DNA from: Squalus acanthias
Lineage: Eukaryota
NCBI GenBank assembly: GCA_030390025.1
Contig: CM059438.1
Coordinates: 70,310,001 to 70,374,000, forward strand
Direction: 5' to 3'
Length of the DNA: 64,000 bases
The position numbers and the translations under genes were made by a program. The notes below the pieces were generated by a model. The model was not told the origin of the DNA. It ran no database searches and saw only the letters and a list, made by a program, of their open reading frames with translations. Below are positions 52,033 through 64,000 of this stretch, one piece after another (position 1 is the stretch's first letter; each line of letters opens with the position of its first letter).

Positions 52033-54764
52033 TGTCTCATTCAGATACTGTACTATTGCACCACTTATTATTCACCATATCATCATATTTCACCCACTGA
52101 AAAATGTGCACACCAGTAACACAAATCCTTTCAGACTCCTTAACTATTTTGAGAGTTCAGCATGATTGCTGCATCAGAAACACATAACTAGCCTGCAATC
52201 CATCATTTAGTCAAAGAAATTAACTTGTCTAAAGTTCACTTCTTTCCAGCACTGTACATTGTCACATGCTCAATCACCCCATCGGGTGCAACTTTGCTCA
52301 CCACCCAAGTGATTTACTGAAGCTACAAGGAAATCCTGCCCCTGTAGACAGAAGCCCAACTACTACCCATCAGCAGCAGTTTATTCCAATCAAACTTCCC
52401 TGTTGACAGCATTGTATTTTGTTGCTTTTCTCCTTGAATCTTTAGAGTGATCACAATGTCGAATCACAATGTATTCTGGATTAAAGTACAAACTGGTCAC
52501 TCTAAAAATTGAAGATGACCAACAAAACTAAACTTGTGGCAAAAGCCATTTGTACTGACGCTGCCAGTTGTGTTCATTCTTGTTGCACAAACATTTTTTA
52601 AATACTAAGGACTGATAAAACTTCAACTTTACAACACTCTGCCTAAAATATTGGCAGAAAATATTTTCAGTGTTACGCTATAGAAGATCTATGTCAGTAT
52701 TTTATAAGCCGCTGAGATCTTTTGACTCCAATTTTGCCTTTGCCTTGAACATGTAAAACCCTGAGCATGTAAAACCCTGACTTGCTCCACTGCCCGAATC
52801 CCAGCAGCAGTGCATATCATGTTTATATGTGGAACATATTTAAATAGCATGGGTGCACTCAACCTGGTTCAGCATGCAGTACAATTCAACATGGGATGGA
52901 ATGACAACAGGGCACACATATCAACATAAGTGCTGCTTCCTCACTGTTTCCATACTGTGGTAAAGTAATCCTTGTCAAAATAAATCATATGGGGTGATGG
53001 CTCAACTCCCATCCCAACAGGAGCTGCAGTTTGCAGGCCAAGAACACATTTTGACTTTGCTCCAATTGGTTTGAAATTCAGCAAGCACATAGGAGACATG
53101 TTTGGCAGAGGTTTGTTGGTGTGGCACTGTACCCAATAAATAAAAAAATACACCATCCCCATTTCAGTTGGATCATCCTCTCGGGCGGTCCCTTGCTTAT
53201 TAAAGCACCGGCACTAGCAAGCGAGAAAGGATGGAAAGATTCATAAACTGCACCAGCTTGGCCTTTTGCAAGCACAAGTGAGCAAAACTGACCCCTTTCA
53301 GGACTTGAAGTTGAGATGAAAGGAGGCCACTTTTCAATGTCTGGTTCCTACCGGTTTGCAGCGCAGGCTAACCGCTGTCTGAATTTGGAAATTAAATCGA
53401 ATCAAATGTCCGAGAAATTAACAGGGAAAAGAACGAGCAGGCGTGTTTTCATGGGAAAGCGGGGATTTTTGTCCGATTTTGCCACTGTGAGGCATCTTGG
53501 GGCATTTTCTATGTTAAAGACGGTTTATAAATGCCAGTTGTTCTTGTTGATATGTTCACATGTACTAAAGCTTCAGTAATACGACAGAACTCTATAAGAT
53601 CACATTTAATTGAAATCAGGATACGGGAAGATAAAGGCATCTCTCAATTACTGCTCAATTACACTTACTGCTGCCCTCGATCACTTCCTGTGCCAGCCTG
53701 CATTAACCTCCTCAGCTTCCAAAATATACACTTTTTTCACCTCCCCTCCTCTCATTGATGGAGTAAAGGAGAAAGAACTTGCATTTATATAGCACCTTTC
53801 ATGGCCTCATGACATCCCAAAGTGTTTTGCAGCCAATTAAGTACTTTTCAAGTGTAATCACTGTTGTCATGTCGGAAACACAGCAGCCACTTTGTGCACA
53901 GCAAGGTCCCACAAACAGCAATGAAAGAAATGACCAGATAATCTGTTTTAGGTGCTGGTTGAGGGATAAATGTTCTCCTCATCAAGTGAGATAAAACTTG
54001 GACAAAAGGCCACATAAAGAGCAGAAGGCTCAATCCTGCTTTTTTTTCACTCTGGAATTTGGTGTTGCTTCACACACGTTTGTTGTTTGATGGCTTCTGG
54101 AAACATTGCTCACAGTGAAATCACTCACGCCTGAGTAAAACAGGGAGAAAAATGTCCAGGCTAAAACAATCTGGAGCAGGCTAAGTGTGTCTCCTGCATT
54201 ACAGAAACAAGTTTTGTAATAGTACCTAGATTTGCATTAGTTTGTTATTAGCATCTGTTTCTTAGTGTTATGCTGTAAAACCAAAACTACTTTCCATTAC
54301 CTCTGGTGCTTATAAACTCTTTAACAAAATGCTGTGTGTATATCAATTAAGATCTATATCATAGAATGATACAGCACAGAAGGAGGTCATTCGGCCCATT
54401 GTGCCTGTGTGTGTGTATCTATCTATATCTATAAATACATATTAACTCTGTCAAAACCACTGTTATGGTCCCATCCTCTAGTAACCCACCCTTGATTTTC
54501 TATAATTGATAACTATCGTCCATCTCCAACCTCCATTCCCTCTCCAAGGTGCTTAAACACATTGTTGCCTCCCAGTTCCATGTCCAACTCTTCCACAACT
54601 ATCAAATTTCCAGCTTTCACCCCTCCCACACCACTGAAACAACTCTAACTAAAGTTAAGTAAAACATTTTCTGTGACTGTAACCATGGTGCATTATTCCT
54701 TCTTGTCCTCCTCAACCTCTTTGTCCCGAATTCAAGGCTTCTGTACGAACCACTTGCTCCCAGA

Positions 54765-55835
54765 CATGGGTGCAGTAGTAGGCATTCCTCTTGGAATACA
54801 GCATGACTTGGAGAATGAGCAGAGGTGACACAGAGCAGGGCAAGCTGCTCAAAGTGGGAGGCGCAGGAGGGGGAGAAGGGCACTCAGCAGGAGGCCATGT
54901 CCACCCAGGGTGTTCAGAGAGCAATTCTGCTACCTGAAGCTCAGCGAGGAACAGTGAGTGAGAGGTCCACACTTCAGTAAGGAGGTCCTCACTGAAATCT
55001 GCCACCTGCTGCAGCCACAACTGCAACCTCAGAGCAGGCCAAAGACCGCATTGACAGTGGTTGTGAAGGTGACCGTGGCCATGACCTTTTATGCGTCTGG
55101 CTCCTTCCAGGCTGGAGATACTTGCAACATCTCGCAGTTTGCCGTCCACTGTTGCGTAAGGGAGGTCACTGAGATGTCTATTCAAAGACAGCTGACTACA
55201 TTTCATTCTCTCTTGCCAGCGAGCAGCAGGCAGAGCGAGCACACAGCTTTGTGAGGAATGCAGGCTTCCCCATGATGCAGGGTGCCATTGACTGAATGCA
55301 TGTCGCTTTGCGGGCGTCGCATGTCAACTCTGAGATGTATCGCAACCGAAAGGGGTTCCACTCCCTCAACATCCAGCTGGTGTGCGACAATAGGTAGAAA
55401 ATCATGCAGGTCAATGCCTAGTATCCTGGCAGCAGTCATGATGCCTTCATTCTGCAGTAGTCCGCTGTGCCATCTGCATCTGAGCCACCACGCCAAACCA
55501 GAGGGCGGCTACTGGACAACAAGGGCTATCCACTGACGACATGGCTCATGACTCCAGTGCGCAACCCACGCACACGTGGGCAGCATGCATACAACAATAC
55601 TACCACACGAAATTTGCTAGAGCACACCATTGGTTGCAACAACACTTATGCTGCCGGGACCGCTCTGGAGGAGCCCTGCAGTTCTCTGCAGAGTGGATGT
55701 TAAGATTTGTGGTGGTCTGCTGCATGCTGCACAACTTCACCATCATGAGGGCACAGCTCTTGCCACCAGCTATACGGCGACCAGCTGAGGAGAAGGAGGA
55801 CTATCTGTGAACAACTCATCTGACTGCGATACCAG
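54765..55835 (+). pseudogene. Harbinger (HARBI1-like) DDE transposase pseudogene
   Basis: FYASGSFQ, GFP.MQGAID, YRNRKGFHSLNIQLVCD, YPGSSHDAFIL, DNKGYPL.TWLMTP and CCMLHNF motifs spread across frameshifts. Confidence 0.9.
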
Positions 55836-55993
55836 TAAATGCAACCCCAATTCCCCATTCACCAACAGTCCCACACCTTACTGTTACTGTCCATCACAGC
55901 TTGGCCACAGTGCAAAAATAAAAGCAAACACAAAATAAACATTCAAAACCAAATTTATAAATCAAAACATGCCATATTGCATGCAAATGTAAA

Positions 55994-57942
55994 CTAATCA
56001 CCTTTGTGCATTCCCTTAGTGCCTGCCTTCCTTGTTCCTTTGCCTGTCCTAGTGCACCTATGCAGTGCTACCCCAGTGGGTGCAGCATGGCTGGTGGAAG
56101 GCTGCTGACTTTCAGTAGGGGAGACTGCAGATGACCTTGTAGGATGACCTCGAGCAGCTCTTGGCCTAGAAGGCTCAGCTTCGGACTGCACAATATCGGC
56201 ATGGGCGGCAGCTGTCTGGCTGACAGGCAACAGCAAGGGCACTGGCGGAGTGGCAGTGGTGGGAGGACTAAAGCTGTCATCCTGAGAGAGGACAGCAGGT
56301 TTGTGCTCCACGGAACCACTGCCACTCCCTCAGGGCGGTGCCTCAGCAGTCCTAGTAATCTGTTGGCTGACAGATTGCTGGACTGCTGTGACACCCTGCA
56401 AGCCCCTTTGAACACTGGTATCTGCAGCCATGTTGGCAGCAGTCTGAGCTTGCATGAGAGCAGTCTGAGCTTGCATGGCAGCAAGCTGATCTTGCATGAC
56501 AGAAGTCTGAGCTTCCACTGTAGCACCTAGACGTTGGGTGGCTTCTGCTTGTGTTGCAATGGAAGCTGAGACATCGGCCATCAGAAACTGCATCATGGTT
56601 GGGTCCACAAGTGTGCTGATGGAGTTGGCCACCACATCCGTGCTGGAAAGGATGGGCTCCAAGATCTGTGCAAAACCCTGTGCAAAGTTGGTGTCGGACT
56701 CCTCCATGCTCTTTGACATTGCACGTAGGCTTTCTGACAGGCCTGCCAATGCACCAAGAATTTCATTGTGCATACCCGTCAGCCTTCTTCTGTAGCCTGC
56801 CCCATCGAAGTGCTCATCTGAGCCCTCTGCAGTAGAACCCATGTGCGACGTCGCCCTAGGGGAGCTGGCACCTGCGCTACCTTTGCCCCCACTCCTGGCT
56901 GCAGGCCACTTGTGCCGGGTGTCTCACCATGTGCAGATCTCACATCTAAGTTATCTTCTAAATTACGCGCAGAATCATTATCTGAGCTGGTGGCTGCGAG
57001 TGAAAAATTGAATGACGGTGTTTCTTCATCATCACTGTCTTCCTGCTCTTCCACCTCTTGCTCTTCCACCACTGCCAGGCCAGGTTGCAGTTCTTGGGTA
57101 TCTGAAAGGAGAAAGTCACAAGGGTAGGGTTGTGATGAGTGGATGGGGGGTGGGTGCGGAGAAGTAACAGGTGCATGCTTACAGCATCTGCAGCTTCTAA
57201 ATCAGAAGAGATTGTGGGATGAGGGGGAAGTGGGATGTGAGAAGGAGGATTAGGTATGACAATACCGTCATCTTCTATGATTTCTGCTGGCCAGGGCCTC
57301 AGCAATGGCCGCTCCAATGATGATGAGCACTGTCTCTTCCATGGGGGGGAAGGACATGCAGCCGTGCCTGTCCCCCACTGGTTACGTCCTGCTGCCTCTG
57401 GTTGTATGCCACCTCGTCCTACAAGAGAGAGGGCAGTGTGTCAATGAGTGTGGTGCAATCTGTTTGGTTGATGTGGCTGTCGTGGTTGAATAGCTGGCAG
57501 TGTGTGAAAGCTGTGAGATGTGGGTGTGAGGCTTGCAGCAGTGCTTAGTGTTTGAGAGTGAGGTGAAGCTATGAATGTTAGGTATGAGTCCTGATTGATA
57601 GAGATTGTTGGTAGGTGAGTGATGAGGGTGTGTTGCATTGAGCAGTGTATGAGGCTAGTGGTGCAGTTGGTGGGATATGGCATTTGAAAATACATTCATT
57701 GACCTTGACCACTCGTGTGAGGTAATTGAACTTTCTGCAGCACTGCATCCAAGTACTCGGGGCTTGACTCTTGGCATTGGCCGCCACAGCTAACTGGTCC
57801 CACTGCCTTATGAGAGTTTGTCTGGAGGGCCACCTGGCCCCCGTGGATTGAGCACATCTCTCCTCCTCACCACCTCCTGCACCAAGGCCTCCAATGCAGC
57901 GTCGGAAAATCTTGGAGCCTGCTCTCTCCCATGTTGTGCCAT
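55994..57942 (-). pseudogene. Harbinger Myb/SANT-like DNA-binding protein pseudogene, three exons
   Basis: APRFSDAALEALV..RRDVL and QCCRKFNYL motifs. Exons about 57942-57704, 57418-57266 and 57101-55994 have GT-AG boundaries; acidic and coiled-coil C-terminus. Confidence 0.78.
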
Positions 57943-58597
57943 TATAACGTCTTTTTCCATGTCAGAATGAGTTCCACAACTACTTCCACCACCTGCTCCG
58001 GCCACAATGCACCTCTCCTTTAAGAGGTGCAGGCTGGCTTTAAGTAGTGCAGGTTAGCTTGAGGTGGTGCTAACCACTCACAATTTGGGCCTCCTGCTGA
58101 GGCGTGTAGCCATGCAGCTGGCTGCATGCTGCAATCATGTTAATTAGCAGCCAGCACAAAGTTGGCCTGCTGCCTGCATCGGAAGCAACGGGCATGGGTT
58201 AATCACGCATCATGATCCACACGCCCATTTTCAGGGGCTATTTAATTTAGCCCCCTCTGTCTCTCTGATGGCAGTCTTCTGTGCATTCCCCCCTTGCCTG
58301 ATTGACAGCCATGCATTTACTTGCTTAAGTGCCACGATCTGGAATTCCTTCCTGAAGTCTTCCACTTCTCCATCTCTCTCTCTCTTCCTTTCAGGTCCAC
58401 CTTAAAACCCACCTCTATGACCAACCTTTTGCTCACCACTCCTAATCTCTCCTTTAGCATTCCTTTTCCTCATGCCTCTGTTAAGTACTTTGGGATATCT
58501 TTTCATGGTAAAGAAATAGCGGTACGGAAATCTAGTTGGCAGGAAGAGAAGATAGGAGTTCTCATGCAAACTAGATGGCAAGGCTCCAAAACAGTAA

Positions 58598-58778
58598 AAC
58601 ATAGAAACATAGAAAAATAAGAGCAGGAGTAGGCCATTCGGCCCTTCGAGCCTGCTCCGCCATTCAATATGATCATGGCTAATCCTCTATCTCAATACCA
58701 TATTCTCGCTCTCTCCCCATACCCCTTGATGCCTTTTGTGTCTAGAAATCTATCTATCTCCTTCTTAAATATATTCAG
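58598..58778 (-). mobile_element. CR1 3' tail fragment
   Basis: catagaaacatagaa..gagcaggagtaggccattcggccc. Confidence 0.8.
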
Positions 58779-60117
58779 AAACTAGAAAAAAATTACATAT
58801 TTTATCACTGAAAAAGGAAAAATAAAGACGGATGCCCTGGAATTTCCGCGGAGGTTCGTCCAATCTCCTGCCATGACTTTGGCAGAAGATTGTTGACAAC
58901 CATTAATACCATTTCTCTGGGGTTTCCCAAGAAATCACGTCAGGAAATCAGGAAAACTCTGCGGAAATTCTACCCCAGAATTGATAGGGGCGAGTTAAAA
59001 CCTTTGACACATTGTTAGCATTTAGTGTGCCTCCCTCTGCACGCACTCTAAGGATGTATGTTATCACAACTCTTCAACGAGTAATTCTTTTGCAAGCCAT
59101 CATTCACTTTCTATACAATATCCATACATGGTTTTCATATTCCTTTTGGCAAATCAGCATCCTGAAACTTAGTTACATTCGTTCCATGGTTGTAGATGGT
59201 AATACTAGACGAGTTGTAGAACTTCCAAATATAGAAAATTGGAATACTTACCTGTTTTACTTAAGAAATGAAAGCTGACTAGAAATGTTGTACCACTCTC
59301 AGCTGTAGGTCAGAAGGTGGTGGGCTTGAGCCCAAAGCAGGGACTCTTGCTGGTTCGTAACCAAGTGTGAACATCACGTGGACAGTATCGGCTTTGGCTT
59401 TGGTGCCCCCCATAATCAAATAGCTTGCCAACACTCAATGTCTGGGCTCATATGTAAAAAATGGACACTTGGGTTGAGGTAATGGATTGCCGAGGCCTGT
59501 GGAATTGAGCTGACACCTCAGTGCAGCATTGTCAGGAGCACCATTCTTTGGATATTAAACCAAGGTACTGCTAGATGGACTTCCAAAAGCCATGGGAAGA
59601 TGGTATGGTTGGTGTTCTGGAAGGATGAGATCATCTCTTCTTCTTGATCTGAATTAATCTGTGGTGCTCTTGCAATTGTATTAGCAACACAAACACATCA
59701 ATGAAACCTTATGAATTTGTTAGAGCTTTGTAATACATTTCCACCCATCTTTGCAATACACTCCCACTCACCTTCAATTTACAATAAATGATTTCTAGCA
59801 GGGTTAATGTACTGAGCATCTCAGCAGATGCAAACTTGCTAAGCTTGTCCCGTTGCAAATGGTAAGATTTGTTTGAGAAGAATAGAGTTAGATTACAATT
59901 CCATTGAAATGAATAGGACAGGGACTATTTCTACAAGAAAAAAAATAGTAAAATAAAGACTTGCATTTATATAATGCCTTTCACCACCTCAGAACGCCCC
60001 AAACCCCAATGACGTACTTTTGAAGTGTGCTAGTCACTGTTGTAATATAGGGAAACGTGGCAGCCAATTTGTATACAGCAAGGTCTCACAAACAGCAATG
60101 TGCTCTGTTTTAGTGAT

Positions 60118-60222
60118 ATAAAAACAGAAAATGCTGGAAATACTCAGCAGATCAGGCAGCATCTGTGGAGAGAGAAACAGAGTTAACGTTTCAGGTCGAT
60201 GACCCTTCGTCAGAACTGGAGA
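60118..60222 (-). mobile_element. Penelope pLTR fragment with hammerhead motif (60181-60217)
   Basis: The - strand reads aguu-CUGACGA-agggucaucgaccu-GAAA-cg-UU-aacu. Confidence 0.72.
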
Positions 60223-63200
60223 GCTCTTTTCTGACGTCAGTTTGAATTTGACGTCTTCTACAGGGAATGTGTTGGGTCTGTGAACAGGGCAGGCAGCAGG
60301 GAGACTGATCAACCAATCAGATTGTAGAGTTCTCACAGATGACAAAGCAGGAAGTAAAAAGCAGGAAATATAAATTACATTTAAATCATTGTACAGTAAG
60401 CAAAATAAAGTTTGGGACATACACATGGGATTAAGGGAGGAACTTTGTTTTTTTTAAATCTGCACCATTTAAATTTTCTTCTGAGGGAATGAGACTCCAC
60501 AATTGTAAAATTAATTTTTCAGGGCCAGAGAGGTTGTTTAACAGTAATTATGACTTAGTATGCCATTAAAAACTCAGTTACTTCTGATTGAACAAGGCTT
60601 AAATTTTTCATCGGACTTTACAGTGAGAATAGTGGGTAATTAGTTTAAGTTCACGCCAAATCAGTGATTCTGTGTGTTGATTATATCGGCTACGACTGCA
60701 ACAGCGCACCCTGTGGCAGAGCAGGGTTTCTCCGATAGCAACTTCCGGATTTTCGCATTTATCTGCATATGAGCAGACACCAGATGTTGCTGTCAGTTTT
60801 ACCCTGTAATAACTGCGAACGCTGACAGTTTTGCCGTTATTACTATCGCAAATTCCAGGCCATTGTGTTGAAGTAGTGTAGTCATGGCCATAAACTTGGT
60901 GTAAAAATGTGAATATAAGAGAGACATAAAATTCCAGGCTGTGATTTCAGAAGTAAACACTGGGTGGCAGTAACCATTCATAATGGAAAACTAAACCTGC
61001 TTTTACATACACCAGGAACAAATCTTTTAACCTTCATGAGAAGCAAGAAAGGTTTTAAATCATCTTAAAAAAACAGGTTTTTTCTAATGTCCTCAGAAAA
61101 TACTGTGAATGCTCGAATGTTTTGTACATCTCTCTTACTCTGTTTTTGAATATCCTGCATGGTGAATGGAGAATCAGATTTGGCAGGTCTTGAATGGTCA
61201 AAATGCTGTCTTGACTAAAACCTAAAATAGGTAATTAGTTCCCTGGGGCAGGTGGGTGGAAAGAGCAATCTAACTGGATTCTGAGTAAAATTGCAAAATG
61301 TACTTTTTGAGTAATTATGGAAAATGGTCTTACAAAATAGATCTGCGTGAAATGCCAATTTGAACAACTCAATTATGAAATAAATGGTGTGATTTACAGG
61401 ATATCTTCTGGGTGGCTGCAGGCTCCTTTTCAAGCCAATGTTCTAGCCAGTTTTCATAAATCTCCCAGTTTGCTGTGGGCATGAATATGCCTTTGTCTGA
61501 CGATGTTGGACACATTACCAGAGCAACACTTTTCAAAGTTTTATTTTGATGGTTGAGTTTGAAGTTTTAGAAATTTGAAGTTACTGAAGACCAATTTTAC
61601 CTCGCGGCTAGCACAGCATATGGGCTGCGGCACAGATTAATGTTCGCACTTGTGATATCCCAAACGGTGATTCCATTATCTCAGTCAGGCCATTGCAGGG
61701 AGGTTTTGAGCAGAGGTGAGGTACTTCTTCACAGGGGGGGCGGGGAAGAGATTTCAGAGGGAGAGTCCCTCTGGGCATCTCTTGTAGTCCTCCTGCCATC
61801 TAATTTACCATCACGTTCTGGCAGAGACCTGAAACCAGGCATCTACTTATACTCTTGGTTGGGAAATGTACAAAACATATGGACTGTAATGGAAGAGAAG
61901 AGGAGACAACAATAACAACATTAAAACCTATTCACCCTCCAAAATAGTACTGAACTTTAAAATTGGGTTGACGTAATGGCTATTATGGCCAAAGACAGAC
62001 AAGTACAAACAGAAAGTCTAGTTGGAATAGTGAGTCCCGCACACAGATTTTGTTAAAAATTCATGTGATTCACACCATTCAGTATTTTTGCCTCTGGGAT
62101 CATGGTGTGAACTCGGCCAAGACAGATGGGATGAAAGTTTTCATTCTCTGCTAACTGTAAGGGACTTAAGTGAAATGCGTTTGAGTCATCTTGACTCAGT
62201 TCCTTGCAGGAGCACTGCTGACTGACATTATTCTTGCCCTTTTTATTGGTAATGAAATATATTTTAGATGCTTCATTTATTATCGGTTTGAAAAGTTTTT
62301 CATAAAATCTGTAAAACTGCATTTGGGAACTTGGATATCCTATAAAAATTATGCAATGATTGTGTTTTATTTTCAAATCTCTTGAGGTGCGTTTTGTTCT
62401 CAAACCTCGACAATTCCTCAGATTCTGGCTCCAACACCTGTGCTGATTGTAATGGAGCTTGAAGGCAGCAGGAAAAATGTCTGTTCTGACTAAACATTTG
62501 CAGTGTCTGAGTGTGCTACAATGAGGTTTGACAACACAATGTTTATATACTTTATGCTTTCTCTGTGAGAGGCAAAGTGTCCTAAATTGGAACTGCTTGC
62601 ATATCTAAGTGTTGAAATTAGAATTTACTTAAGCAAAGAACCATCAACCAGCTTGCAAATCATAGAGTTCAAAATGTGACATCTGATGTAGGCAGGATAT
62701 AAGCCCGAATGTTTCATATTGTGAGCTTATCACTTATTTGGCGTACATATCCAGAAGAAACTGGATAAGTATCTGGTTAAGAAAGGGATCACCACTGCAG
62801 ATCAGTGTCTTTGCAATATTACGCTCAGTAAAACCTAGTGGGGAAGAGGATGCCCTCTTAAGCTAAGTTCGTAACTTTCCTTAGTGGGACCAGGAGTGGC
62901 AGGAGTGCTCCTCCAGGTCCCACAAGGAAAGTCTGGGCCTCTGCTGCCCCAGGCTCCACCCATTCCCACCCATAAAACAGCTCCAATCCACCCGTAACAT
63001 AACTTGGTGCTGGGGGGGCAGCCTCTTACTGCCCGTTTTGGGTTTGAAAGTTACCTTGCTCACGCCCTCTCCCCTCACCTGCCCAAAACCCGCTCCCTGT
63101 TAAAATCCTCCCCCCCCAACCACAATGTCTGCTAAAAGTAAAATAAGTTTTACATTGGACCTGGTTTTAGTCTGTCGGTCAAAGTTGTTTTTTATCACCA

Positions 63201-63584
63201 GAGACAAAGGCCCTCGTGCAGGGTTTTGGAGCAGGTGTCCTCGAACGCCGTGGAGTTTTAACTCCAGGGCGTGTGTCATTTTTTCCCCCCCCAGGTTCCA
63301 TGCCCGAAGGCTCCGCAAAAGGCCCCAGCCGCCGAGCAGGTAAATTTAGTGGTGCTGGTGGGTGGAGAGATTGGGGGGAGAGGGAGTGTGGTTAGAATCA
63401 TAGAAATTTACGGCACAGAAGGAGGCAATTCGGTTGTGAGCAGGGGTTGGTGATGGGGGTGGGGTTCAGGGGGAGATCCTGGAGATTGGTTGGGTGGGGG
63501 GGGGGGAAGGTTTACAGGGTAAGATTGTTGGGCCTGGAGGAACCACTCCTGCTCCTCCTGACCCACAAGCAGTGCTGTGTAGGC

Positions 63585-64000
63585 ACTCCTTCAGCTGATG
63601 ATTCGGTACTCCTCCATGTTGAACACCACTTGAGGCAGCAAGGGCACAGAATGTACTCTGGGTGGGGGACTTCAACCAAGAATGGCTCAGTAGCACCACT
63701 ACTGACCGAGTTGACCGAGTCCTGAAGGCTAGACTGGGCCTGCGGCAGGTGGTGAGAGAACCATCACTAGTGTACCTGTCGCAGATGCATCTGTCCATGA
63801 CAGAGTGACCACCCCACAGTCCTTGTGGAGTCTTCACACTGATGACACCCTCCATCATGTTGTGCAGCACTACCAGCGTGCTAAATGGAATAGATTCAGA
63901 ACAGATCTAGCAGCTCAAAACTGGGCATCCATGAGGCATTGTAGGCCATCAGCAGCAGAATTTTATTCCACCACAATCTGTAACCTCATGCCTGGCATAT
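63585..64000 (+). mobile_element. Second degraded copy of the 16592-19817 LINE family (APE region), running off the window
   Basis: PSADDSVLLHVEHHL and gatagattcagaacagatctagcagctcaaaactggg-type blocks match 18600-19100 in reverse. Confidence 0.85.

Larger units (their letters stand above)
54725..58255. mobile_element. Decayed PIF/Harbinger transposon with two convergent genes
   Basis: Transposase remnant (+) and Myb/SANT-like gene remnant (-); right end aatttagcccc; flanked by L2-like sequence. Confidence 0.88.

Noticed and set aside
54765..55835. Domesticated HARBI1 host gene
   Set aside because: Many stops and frameshifts, and it is paired with a Myb gene inside a transposon.
16556..64000. 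Next ASTN2 exon (expected ETTELGSKKELK-like)
   Set aside because: Not found by eye or in the ORF track. It probably lies beyond the window; TBLASTN would settle it.

Overview
Eukaryotic, repeat-rich vertebrate genomic DNA. The CR1, Deu-type SINE and Penelope repeat mix suggests a cartilaginous fish (inference). Three + strand exons (4825-4949, 6256-6360, 16376-16555) splice in frame into an astrotactin-2 (ASTN2) segment. The intron that follows is at least 47 kb long; I did not find the next exon. It hosts an intact TRIM32 gene on the - strand (single coding exon, 645 aa), the nested arrangement known from mammals. The rest is mostly transposable elements: a near full-length CR1 LINE, a tRNA-headed APE-RT LINE with a short derivative, Penelope-like elements (PLEs) carrying minimal hammerhead ribozyme motifs in inverted repeats, a decayed two-gene Harbinger, a solo LTR, SINEs and MITEs. 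The most unusual signal is at the TRIM32 promoter. A CRE/CCAAT module is tandemly duplicated, and a third, inverted copy that includes the exon-1 splice donor sits about 0.9 kb away inside a MITE-like shell in TRIM32 intron 1. Most short ORFs in the track are spurious or TE-derived. All calls come from reading the sequence; no searches were run.
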